A stretch of 64,000 nucleotides of DNA from Armatimonadota bacterium (lineage in GTDB: Bacteria; Armatimonadota; SYMT01): NCBI GenBank assembly GCA_041690135.1, contig JAWLHY010000002.1, positions 624,342 to 688,341 of the forward strand, in the 5' to 3' direction. Below the pieces are notes generated by a model. It was not told the DNA's origin. It ran no database searches and worked only from the letters and a program-made list of their open reading frames with translations. A program made the translations under genes and the position numbers. Below, one piece after another: positions 1 through 8,444 of the stretch (position 1 is the first letter of the stretch; every line of letters begins with the position of its first letter).

Positions 1-585
1 CTTGAAGGCGGAGATGACCGAGGCCTGGAGATCGAGCAGGCGCACCACGAGGCGGTAGAAGTAGTGCCCGGCCGCGGATCGGGCGGCCGTGGAGACTCCC
101 ACGTTTGCACTCCACCACTGGTTGTCCGGCATCGTGGCGGACGAGGCGGTCCAGAGGCTTCCGCTGGTCGGGTTGGGGCTGTTTCCGAACCAGCGGCCGA
201 TCACCACGCTGCCGGTGCTGTTTCCCTGCGGGTCCGCGTAGAGGGTGTACTCCAACTGCGCCGTGCCTGCGTCCCAGCTTCCGCCGGGGTCCACGAGCTG
301 TCCGGCGGTGTTTTTGCCCGTATCTCCATCGAAGATACCGACCTCGAAGGCGGTGCTCCCGTCCGGCACGGCGATCCGCATCTCGATGGTCGCCCCAGCC
401 ATGGTTTGCAGGGGAAGCCCGGAGATGAAGAGCATCCGCCCGTCGTTCGTCGCTGGGGTGGGGAAGTAGGAGTAGGTGGGATTCGTGACGGCACGCGCGG
501 GGCTGCGAGCACCGTCGAGGATGAGCACCGCCGCCAGCAAGAGCAGAAGTGCCGGGAGGCGTGAGGGAGCGAGGGGTTGGCGCAC
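1..585 (-). CDS. Secreted protein, 5' part only (runs off window); paralog of the 2567-5041 SdrD-B-domain protein
   Basis: Manual translation: MRQPLAPSRLPALLLLLAAVLILDG...NDGRMLFISGLPLQTMAG...GHYFYRLVVRLLDLQASVISAFK, collinear with the N-terminal domain of 2567-5041. Signal peptide present. GTG start at 585 is tentative. Not in the ORF track because its stop lies outside the window. Confidence 0.85.
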   Translation of the reverse strand, partial: MRQPLAPSRLPALLLLLAAVLILDGARSPARAVTNPTYSYFPTPATNDGRMLFISGLPLQTMAGATIEMRIAVPDGSTAFEVGIFDGDTGKNTAGQLVDPGGSWDAGTAQLEYTLYADPQGNSTGSVVIGRWFGNSPNPTSGSLWTASSATMPDNQWWSANVGVSTAARSAAGHYFYRLVVRLLDLQASVISAFK

Positions 586-785
586 CGGTTGCGTCTCGAA
601 TGGGGGGGACCCCCGGGTTGAGGTAAGCAGTCAGGCCCCTGAAGGAGCCTGGGGTAGACAGTCCACCGCCAACCATAACCACAAACGGCAACTTCTAAAC
701 CGGAAATTTATGGGATTCGCGGGGACCGCCCCTGCTTCCCAGCGCAGGAGGGTACGCCGTCGGAATGTCGCACACTTTCCAGGGC

Positions 786-1268
786 TCAAGCGAAGATGCA
801 CTTCTTGAGAATGGCGTGGCAGCGGCCGCTGCAGCACTGGGTGTTGGAGGTGCAAGCCGCTCCGTAACCCTTGCAGGTGGCGGCCTCCGCGGCGGTGGGC
901 GCGAGGATGGCGGTGATGGCGGGTACGAGGCTGGAGAAGGCGAGCGTGGTGCCGAGCTGGCGCGCGAGGGACCGGCGGGTGCACGGTTGCCGGGGAACGG
1001 GTAGCTCCGGACATTCCTGCAGGAGGTTAGCGCGATTCAAACGGGTCAGCGCGAACCAGACGACCTCCTCCGGCACCGGCTGCCCGAGTTCATCCGCGAG
1101 GTCCGTGGCGAGTTGTTCCACGCTCCGGCTCCCATCTGCCCGACGCCACACGGCCGCCGCGGTGGGGTTGAGGCAGAGGGCCCGATGGGTGTGGCGGTCA
1201 TAGACCAGCAACTCCCCATCGAGTTCCGTCGTCACCAGGCCGGTTGTGCGAGCTTTCGGATGCTTCAC
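786..1268 (-). CDS. PqqD/RRE-family protein fused to a twin-Arg leader and a C-terminal 6-Cys (C-C-CC-C-C) peptide
   Basis: N-terminal ELDGELLVYD...LNPTAAAVWRRADGSRSV...LTRLNRANLL is the typical PqqD/RRE pattern. It is followed by TRRSL-hydrophobic-APTAAEAA and TCKGYGAACTSNTQCCSGRCHAILKKCIFA. Confidence 0.85.
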   Translation of the reverse strand: MKHPKARTTGLVTTELDGELLVYDRHTHRALCLNPTAAAVWRRADGSRSVEQLATDLADELGQPVPEEVVWFALTRLNRANLLQECPELPVPRQPCTRRSLARQLGTTLAFSSLVPAITAILAPTAAEAATCKGYGAACTSNTQCCSGRCHAILKKCIFA

Positions 1269-1289
1269 CGTGGGTCCACCCCCTGCTAA

Positions 1290-1319
1290 CTTATACCGGA
1301 ATTCGCCGGGGAATGTGAA
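1290..1319 (-). promoter_or_regulatory. Possible sigma70-type promoter for the PqqD-peptide gene
   Basis: Minus strand TTCACA-18 bp-TATAAG, about 20 nt upstream of the GTG start. Confidence 0.3.
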
Positions 1320-1334
1320 GCGAACGGCGCCAGA

Positions 1335-2534
1335 TCAGTAGGTACCGCGCAGCCACCACTTGCCCGGTCGCGGAAACTGCGGCGCGGGCGTGGCCGCAGC
1401 CGAGGAAGGCGCCCGGAAGCTGTGCCGGTCTCCGCTGGAAAGGCGGCGCATTGAACCGTTCTGCCAGACGAACGCATGATGTCCGCCGAACTCGTCGCCG
1501 GAAGTTCCCACCACGCACCCCAGCCGGTTGATGCTGCTGGCCTGGACCCGGGTATCTCCGGGGAGAACGCCCAGGTCGCGGAGCCTGCGGCCATCCCAAA
1601 CGAACCCGCGGATCACGAAGTTCGCGTCGCGCGACCAACCGACGACGTACCCCTGGTCGTTCACCCCGTTCGCCTGGCTGGTGAGGTCACCGGGAAGAGT
1701 ACCGAGGTCCTGAAAGCGACCCCGGTACCAGCGGAAGGCCCGCTGGCGCCCGTCCTCGGCGTAGGCGGTGCCGACCACATGCCCCCGGTTGCTGACCGCC
1801 TGGGCGACGCTGCCGGTAAAGCCGGGAAGGGTGCCGAGCGACTGGATCTTCCCTCCCTGCCAGAGCACGGCGGTGGGATTGCCGTCTCCATCACGCGACC
1901 ATCCGGCGATCAGACCGCTGTTGTTGACCCAGTTGGCCTGGCTGGCGATATGCCCGGGCAGGACGCCGAGGTCGGTCATCTTACCGCGGAACCAGAGGAA
2001 GGCGTGCTGCCGGCTGGTCTCGGAGAAAGAGTAACCAACCACGTGTCCGATGTTGTTCACGCTTAGGGCGATGCTCTGCGAGTCCTCCGGAAGCACGCCC
2101 AGGTTGTGTAGGCGGGTGCCGCGCTGCCAAAGCACGGCGCGCGACTGGCCGTTCGCATCCCGCGAGCAGCCGACCACGTCGCCGAAGAAACTGATCCCGT
2201 AGGCGGTGCTGAAGGTAGACCCGGGCAAGCCGGGGAGATTCCGCAGCGTGCCGTTCTGATAGATGAACGCCTGGTCGTTGGTGAAGTCCGTGCCCAGCGC
2301 CCCCACGATCACGTTCCGGTCGCTGACCACGCTGGCCGACTTGGGAAACAGGCCGGGTGCTTCGTGAGTCCGGAGCGAGGCGCCGGCTTTTGCGGGCGGG
2401 GCCGTTTCCCGGACCACCTGGAAGGTACCGGATGCGGTTGCCTGGGTGGCGGCGGGCGCGGCCTGCCGGAAGGCATTGGCCCCGGTGACGGATAGGGCGA
2501 CGATGAACCCGGTACCGATGACGAAACGTTTCAT
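1335..2534 (-). CDS. Secreted HAF-repeat (probable extracellular repeat) protein
   Basis: Repeated 'DLG.LPG...S.A..(I/V)N..G.VVG....(H/R)AF.W' units; signal peptide MKRFVIGTGFIVALSVTGANA. Start trimmed to ATG 2534. Confidence 0.85.
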   Translation of the reverse strand: MKRFVIGTGFIVALSVTGANAFRQAAPAATQATASGTFQVVRETAPPAKAGASLRTHEAPGLFPKSASVVSDRNVIVGALGTDFTNDQAFIYQNGTLRNLPGLPGSTFSTAYGISFFGDVVGCSRDANGQSRAVLWQRGTRLHNLGVLPEDSQSIALSVNNIGHVVGYSFSETSRQHAFLWFRGKMTDLGVLPGHIASQANWVNNSGLIAGWSRDGDGNPTAVLWQGGKIQSLGTLPGFTGSVAQAVSNRGHVVGTAYAEDGRQRAFRWYRGRFQDLGTLPGDLTSQANGVNDQGYVVGWSRDANFVIRGFVWDGRRLRDLGVLPGDTRVQASSINRLGCVVGTSGDEFGGHHAFVWQNGSMRRLSSGDRHSFRAPSSAAATPAPQFPRPGKWWLRGTY

Positions 2535-2566
2535 TGCTCTCGTTCTCCGTTCCTTCGTCGCTCGCC

Positions 2567-5041
2567 CTAGCGGACGTAGCCCGTGTTGTGGGTGCCGTCC
2601 ACGAAGCACTCGTTGATCTTGGAAGCCGTGTCGTTCAAGTCCGAAAGGCTCACGCCCGCGGGCAGCACCGAAGTGCTGCCTCCCAGGACTGCGTTGCAGA
2701 GCGCCAATACCTGAGTGACAGTATACCCCGCCAGCTTGCCGGACTGGACGGTGAGCGCTCCCAGGCCGCGCCGGTGCCCGCCCGCCGCCGCGGCGGAAAA
2801 ATCGACGTTCAACTGCAGTGCCAGGGTCTGGCCGGCAAACACCGTTAGCTTTCCGGTGGGGTTGACGTAGCTGGATGTCAGCGCCTTGGCGGTTCCGCCC
2901 TGCGGTAGGAACTTCTCGATGGCGGAGGCGCTGGTGAACTTCAGGGTCTTGACGCCGCCGATCGTGACCGAACCGGAAGGGTAGACCGTGGTGAAGTTCG
3001 CCGCCAGCTTGGCGCCCGGATTATTTCCGCTGGGCTTGTTGCCCCATCCTCCCTGCGTTTGGGTTGTGAAGGGGCCACTGCCCACGGAAGCGGCCGTGTA
3101 TCCGAACGAGACGCCGGAGTTCACGGTGAGGGAAGAAACGGTGACTGTCGACCGGTGGGCCGAGCTCAGTCCATCGACATCGTAGGTCTGGCTCAGCCCG
3201 GCGGGTAGGGTGGCGGTGTTCACCGTGACGGTGTAGGTACCCGCAGCCAGCCCGCTGAACTCGTAATTCCCCAGGGTATCGGTCTGCGTCGTGGCCGTGA
3301 AGCCGTTCGGGCCGGTGAGGGTGACCGTCACGCCGGCGAAGCCCGGCTCGGTGGTTCCTTGCAGGCCATTGCCGTTCTGGTCGTGCCACACCACGCCGCC
3401 GATGGGGATGGGTCCCGGGTTGGAGCCGCCCACGCCGAACCCGAAGTCGAACGTGAGATTGTTGGCGGAGGTCAGTGCGCCGGTGCGCTTGGCTCCGCCG
3501 GTCGTGGAATTGAGCCCGAGAAGCGGCCGTCCGGGACTGAAGTTGCTGTAATTGACGCGTACCGTGTAAGTGCCGGGGGAAACGTTGAAGCTGTAGAGGC
3601 CGCTGGCATCGGTGGTGGTGCTGGCGATGTATTCACCCGCGGCATCGAGGATGTCAACAACCACTCCGGCTGCACCGCTCTCGCCGCTGTCTTTGACGCC
3701 GTCCGCATCGGTGTCCAGCCAGACCAGGTCACCGAGCAATAATGGGCGCAGTGGCGTGATCGGATCGCCATCGGCCTCCACCCCGAGCACGGACCGGTCG
3801 AATTGGATGAAGCAGAGATTGGCGAGGTCCTGTCCGGTCACATCCACACGCCACACGCCCGCGGGCAGTCGCGGCTCGTTAACGAATGCCGTGTCGTCGT
3901 CGGCGGCGGTGGGGCTATAGTCGGCCGCGGGCCGCAGGGCGGAGTTGTCGGTCGTCACCCGGAACTGCTCCCACTCGAGGTTGCCGGAGGGGTTGCCGAC
4001 GCGGTAGACCTTACCCCGCGGATCCACCACCTGGTATTCAATCCCCGGGCTGCGCCGGAAAAGATCGAAGTCACTGTCGTCCTGGGGCTGGCCGCTCCCC
4101 TGCTGGGCCTCGTTGCGCTCGTAGCCGTTCTTCGCGAACTCGGGAAGGGTGTCCGGCGTATCGGGGTCCTTTGTGTCGAGCGTGTCCCCCAGGGTCAGCA
4201 GCGAGGGCTCGGTGACCAGGCGGTCTTGATTGCCGAAGTCGAGGTCGCCGTCCCAGAAGCGGAGTTCGGTGGTGGTGGCGTTCAGGTCGAGGTGGAAGCG
4301 CCAGGAACCGTCATAGGTGGTGGGGGCGTTGGTGAAGAAGAAGGGGTCCGCCGGCGGATAGTCCCCCGCCCAGGTGGGGTAGACGGCATAGGCATCGGTA
4401 AACTGGTTCAGGACCCCCATGTAGGCGATGGTGTTTGGAATTACGGATACCTGCCCGGAAGTGCGGAGTTTGAAGGCAGAAATGACGGAAGCGTTGAAGT
4501 CCAGTAGGCGCACTACAAGGCGGTAGAAGCAGTGCCCGGCCGGAGAGCGCGCGCCGCTGGTGGTGTTGACCGTTACGGTCCACCAGTTGTTGTCCGGCAT
4601 CGTGGCGGAAGAGGCGGTCCAGTTCGAGCCGCTCGTCGGATTGGTGCTGTTACCGAACCAGCGCCCGATCACCACGCTCCCCGTGCCGGTGGCGAGGGGA
4701 TCGGCATAGAGGGTGTATTCCAACTGCGCCGTGCCTGCGTCCCAACTCCCACCGGGGTCCACGAGTTGTCCGGCTGCGTTCTTACCCGTGTCGCCGTCGA
4801 AGATACCCACTTCGAACGAACTGACTCCGCTTGGCACCCCGATTCGCATCTCGACGGTCGCACCGGCCATGGTTTCCAGCGGCAGTCCCGCCAGGCAGAG
4901 CATGCGGCCGTCGTTGACGGCCCCCGTGGGGAAGTAGGTGTAGACCGGATCGGTAACGGCCCGAACCGGGTTCCGGGACCCATCCACCATTAACACGAGG
5001 GCAAGCGCCGACAGCAGCAGGGCTAGGACACTGCGTTTCAT
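2567..5041 (-). CDS. Secreted/surface protein with two SdrD B-like (CnaB-type) domains and a C-terminal TQGGWG domain
   Basis: LGDLVWLDTDADGVKDSGESG and IGGVVWHDQNGNGLQGTTEPG repeats; signal peptide MKRSVLALLL; SD GGAGA before ATG 5041. Confidence 0.85.
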   Translation of the reverse strand: MKRSVLALLLSALALVLMVDGSRNPVRAVTDPVYTYFPTGAVNDGRMLCLAGLPLETMAGATVEMRIGVPSGVSSFEVGIFDGDTGKNAAGQLVDPGGSWDAGTAQLEYTLYADPLATGTGSVVIGRWFGNSTNPTSGSNWTASSATMPDNNWWTVTVNTTSGARSPAGHCFYRLVVRLLDFNASVISAFKLRTSGQVSVIPNTIAYMGVLNQFTDAYAVYPTWAGDYPPADPFFFTNAPTTYDGSWRFHLDLNATTTELRFWDGDLDFGNQDRLVTEPSLLTLGDTLDTKDPDTPDTLPEFAKNGYERNEAQQGSGQPQDDSDFDLFRRSPGIEYQVVDPRGKVYRVGNPSGNLEWEQFRVTTDNSALRPAADYSPTAADDDTAFVNEPRLPAGVWRVDVTGQDLANLCFIQFDRSVLGVEADGDPITPLRPLLLGDLVWLDTDADGVKDSGESGAAGVVVDILDAAGEYIASTTTDASGLYSFNVSPGTYTVRVNYSNFSPGRPLLGLNSTTGGAKRTGALTSANNLTFDFGFGVGGSNPGPIPIGGVVWHDQNGNGLQGTTEPGFAGVTVTLTGPNGFTATTQTDTLGNYEFSGLAAGTYTVTVNTATLPAGLSQTYDVDGLSSAHRSTVTVSSLTVNSGVSFGYTAASVGSGPFTTQTQGGWGNKPSGNNPGAKLAANFTTVYPSGSVTIGGVKTLKFTSASAIEKFLPQGGTAKALTSSYVNPTGKLTVFAGQTLALQLNVDFSAAAAGGHRRGLGALTVQSGKLAGYTVTQVLALCNAVLGGSTSVLPAGVSLSDLNDTASKINECFVDGTHNTGYVR

Positions 5042-5432
5042 GGAATCTCCCTGGGCCACGCATTCGGTGCGAGGATCGCGCAGCTTTCGTTGTGGGGCAT
5101 GGGCAGGCGGAGACGCCACGACCGGGCTAAGGAAACCATCCGGTTAACCGCTGCCAACGTCTCGGGACGCGCTCCGGCCATAGGCTGGAGGCAAACTGAC
5201 TTCGTACATGGAGGTCGGCTGCCGGAGCAACGGAACACCTCTTTACCCTTAAGTATTACCCGGTTGCCACCTGTGCAAAGGGACGATCGACCCGGTGGAC
5301 GGATCGGACCGGGACGAATGACCCCTCCCTACTGCTGGCCCGCAGCTCATACTGAAGATGCAGGGACTATCCCGCGATCGGCTGTGGCTCTGCCCGGCCG
5401 GTTATCCTTCGCCTGGTTTACAAGGACCCGAG

Positions 5433-6521
5433 ATGAAGCGCGTTTCCCGCCGATTCCTCATGCTGTGCGCAGCCGGCATCGCCGGATCGTTGCTGGCCGT
5501 GCCCGCACACGCGGCGCGGAAGAGCGATGCCCCCAAGGGCGGCCCTAAGCCCGCTCCCACTCCGGAACCCACTCCCACTCCGGCGCCCGGCCCAGGCCGC
5601 GCGGCGCTGGCAGTCGGCATCAATGATGCGGGTGAGGTGGTCGGTGTGTCCCAGACGGCCGACGGTTACCGGCGAGCTTTTCTGTATCGGAATGGAATGA
5701 TGCAGGACCTGGGGACGCTGCCGGGTACGGAGACCAGCGCAGCCTATGCCATTAACGGCTCCGGACAGGTGGTCGGGTCGGCATTCGATGGCTACGGCTC
5801 TCCGCGCGCCTTCTTTTACGCCGAGGGCTCACTGATGGCCCTGCCCGCACTTCCCGGAGGTTTGCTGGGGCAGGCCCTGGGCGTCAACCGTTACGGGCAG
5901 GCTTGTGGTTGGGCGGAGACGAACACCGCTGCGATCCGCGCGGTGGTGTGGAATAACGGCAGTCCCGTGGATATCGGCGGACTGCCGGGCGCGGTGCGAA
6001 ACCAAGCCAATGCCATTAATGACGCGGGGCTCGTCGCCGGTACGTCGCTGGACGCCTACGGCCGGCAACGTGCTTTCGCGTGGCAGGCGGGCGTCGTTCG
6101 CGACCTGGGCTTGCTTTCCGGGAGTACCCGCAGCGCCGCGATGGGCATCAACAACCTGGGCCAGGTCGTGGGCGCCTGCTATACCGACACCGGCATTCCG
6201 AAGGCGTTCGTCTGGCAGAGCGGCCGGCTGACGGAACTGCCTGCCCCCAAGGGGGCGCGGGGTGCCGTTGCGCAGGGGATCAATGACGCGGGGATTGTTG
6301 TGGGTTATTATCTCGCCTCCAGCGGTACCGCCCGGGCGATCCTCTGGAATGGCGGTAAGGTGACGGATCTCGGGGTGCTGGGGAGCGACGCGCAGAGCCA
6401 GGCACGCGGCATCAACAACGCACGCAAGCCGCAGGTGATCGGCACGTCCGTAAGCAGCACCGGGCACAGCCGCGCCTTCCTGTGGCAGGACGGAAAGTTC
6501 ACCGACCTGGGTTCGTTGTAG
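5433..6521 (+). CDS. Tat-exported HAF-repeat protein
   Basis: Tat signal SRRFL...PAHA, Pro-rich linker, then about 7 HAF-type repeats (DLGTLPG...AYAINGSGQVVG...RAF). Confidence 0.85.
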   Translation: MKRVSRRFLMLCAAGIAGSLLAVPAHAARKSDAPKGGPKPAPTPEPTPTPAPGPGRAALAVGINDAGEVVGVSQTADGYRRAFLYRNGMMQDLGTLPGTETSAAYAINGSGQVVGSAFDGYGSPRAFFYAEGSLMALPALPGGLLGQALGVNRYGQACGWAETNTAAIRAVVWNNGSPVDIGGLPGAVRNQANAINDAGLVAGTSLDAYGRQRAFAWQAGVVRDLGLLSGSTRSAAMGINNLGQVVGACYTDTGIPKAFVWQSGRLTELPAPKGARGAVAQGINDAGIVVGYYLASSGTARAILWNGGKVTDLGVLGSDAQSQARGINNARKPQVIGTSVSSTGHSRAFLWQDGKFTDLGSL

Positions 6522-6529
6522 ACCGGTTC

Positions 6530-7603
6530 TTAGGGTCGATCCCCGAGGCGTTTCAGCACCCTCGGCAGGCGAGCCCCCACGGAACGCAGTTGAGCCCGTC
6601 CCGGCAGCGGTGCGCCGGGACGGGTTCCAGTCTCTAGGCAGGCCTGGATGCGGTTCGGCCAGTGCTCCCGCACTTCGCCCCAAACGCGTGCCGGCGTCCC
6701 CAGGCGCCGGAGATGGCTGCCGCTGAGAACCTCACGCCGGCTTGGGCCGGTGCCCCGTCCCCACTGCGCCAGGACGGTCGTCCGCACCCACTCCGGGTAA
6801 GCTCCGTCCCGCACCTCGCCCGGGCTCGACGAAAGGTCCGCACCCAACAGGTCTCGTGCCAGTTGTAGAGCGGTCCGGATCCACTCCCGCTGGAAAGGCT
6901 CGCCGCGCAGCAGATGGTTCCAGTCGGCCACGCCGTGCGATGGTTCCACGGCCGCGGCCAGATCGCAGAGCCAGAGGGGGCGCCACCCGCCATGGACCAG
7001 GAAATGGAAGGCGAGCACCCGGAGATGATCTTCCGGGCCGGGAATCCGCACCGGACAGCCGTCGACGGTGGCTTCTTCCGCTCGTGATAGGATCTCCTCC
7101 CACTCCGAGGTCGGTAAGACCCGATAGGTGCCTTCTCCAGCGGCGTGAGCTTCCACGGGGAGCGCGGACGCATCGGGGCGGGGCAGCAGGGCGAGGGCGC
7201 GAGGAAGGTCGTCCGGAGAAAAGAGGAGATCGAGGTCGCCGTAAGGACGGAGCCCCGGTTCAGGATAGAGGCGTGCCGCCGCCCACCCTTTGATCAACAG
7301 GAACCGAACGCCCGCCTTGTTGAGGGGCGCCAGGACTTGTGCTATTTCGGTCTCATGCACGGCGGCCTGAAGGGACGCGAGCCGGTAAGCGGATCGAAGC
7401 TCGCGGAGGGCAGGATCCGTGCCGTCCGGCGTATCCCGCAGTCGCCGCCAGAAGAGGGGACCGCAGCCGGTGGCCAGCACCTGGGGCAGTACGCCGGCGA
7501 CCTGCTTCAAGGGGAGGGGCAGCGGTGACGGAGACGGTCTCCAGGACTGGTGAAGCAGGCCCGCGATGGTCTTTCCGGCCTCGATCAGAGTGAATTCAGG
7601 CAC
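6530..7603 (-). CDS. Nucleotidyltransferase family protein (NTP_transf_5-like)
   Basis: LIKGWAAARLYPEPGLRPYGDLDLL motif (KG...R..GDxD). GTG at 7603 has SD GGAGGAGG and overlaps the kinase stop; the extension to 7969 in the ORF track is unlikely. Confidence 0.85.
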   Translation of the reverse strand: MPEFTLIEAGKTIAGLLHQSWRPSPSPLPLPLKQVAGVLPQVLATGCGPLFWRRLRDTPDGTDPALRELRSAYRLASLQAAVHETEIAQVLAPLNKAGVRFLLIKGWAAARLYPEPGLRPYGDLDLLFSPDDLPRALALLPRPDASALPVEAHAAGEGTYRVLPTSEWEEILSRAEEATVDGCPVRIPGPEDHLRVLAFHFLVHGGWRPLWLCDLAAAVEPSHGVADWNHLLRGEPFQREWIRTALQLARDLLGADLSSSPGEVRDGAYPEWVRTTVLAQWGRGTGPSRREVLSGSHLRRLGTPARVWGEVREHWPNRIQACLETGTRPGAPLPGRAQLRSVGARLPRVLKRLGDRP

Positions 7604-8444
7604 GCGCCACCTCCTCCTCGGCGCGTCGGAGGAGCTCTGCCGCGAAGTCGGCGGCCTCGCCCCGGAACCCCCGCAGGCTGACGGCGCCCGCAATCGCCTG
7701 ACGGAGAAAACGGAGTGAGGTGGTGGGACGCCGCCGCGCCGGAACCGTGTGGGCCAGCAGAGCCAGCACCGCCTGACCGGACGAGAGTGCTTCCGGGTTC
7801 CAGGCAGCCCCCTCCCGGTACTCAGTGGAGACCACCAGCCCGATCCGGAGGGGGCGAGAACCCGACACGCCCCCCAGCGCTTCGGGCGGGGTCCGACGCG
7901 GACGTTCATCCAGTCCCTGCCGGATGGAGAGCGGGCGGGGAAAAGGGTGGACCCAGCCGCGAGCATCAAGCACGGCGTATTCGTCGGAATAGTACTCCGC
8001 GCCGGCGCGCACGAGCTCGGCCACGAGCGTGGTCTTCCCCGCGTGACTCTTGCCGGGTATCAAGATGGCGCGCCCCCGCCACCCCACCACCCCGGCGTGC
8101 ACGAAAATACGGCGGGGAGCCCGCTCGGCCACGAAGAGGCTGATATCGGCTTCCAGGGCGTCAAGCGCCTCCTGCAGGTCGAGGCTGCGCGCGATCCGCA
8201 GGTGCTCCGAGTAGGCCAGGTAGAAGCGGCGGGTTCCCGGCCGCCTCCCGGTGAGAGCGGCGTCCTTCGTCCCGCCCGCAGGAGCCGGCGCTCCGCTTCG
8301 GAGGGAGTAGAGGAGGTCGACCTGTGGGGCTTCCGTCGGCCTCCAGCCCGGTGGCAGGCAGGCGCGCAGGGGCGCCAGTAGCTCCGGATCATCTGTCCGC
8401 AGCCCCAGGCGCACGCCATAGCAACTCACGCTTTCTCCGACCAC
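7596..8444 (-). CDS. HPr kinase-related P-loop kinase
   Basis: VHAGVV...IPGKSHAGKTTL (Walker A)...YYSDE, the HprK-like signature. True start is uncertain (see findings). Confidence 0.85.
   Translation of the reverse strand: MVGESVSCYGVRLGLRTDDPELLAPLRACLPPGWRPTEAPQVDLLYSLRSGAPAPAGGTKDAALTGRRPGTRRFYLAYSEHLRIARSLDLQEALDALEADISLFVAERAPRRIFVHAGVVGWRGRAILIPGKSHAGKTTLVAELVRAGAEYYSDEYAVLDARGWVHPFPRPLSIRQGLDERPRRTPPEALGGVSGSRPLRIGLVVSTEYREGAAWNPEALSSGQAVLALLAHTVPARRRPTTSLRFLRQAIAGAVSLRGFRGEAADFAAELLRRAEEEVARA

Noticed and set aside
5150-5235. c-di-GMP-I riboswitch-like words (GGCAAAC, GGGACGC)
   Set aside because: Motifs are in the wrong order and there is no GNRA-capped P2; only a generic GCTCCGGC/GCCGGAGC stem is present.
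7604-7969. N-terminal extension of the nucleotidyltransferase ORF
   Set aside because: Overlaps the kinase in another frame; better start at 7603 with a strong SD.
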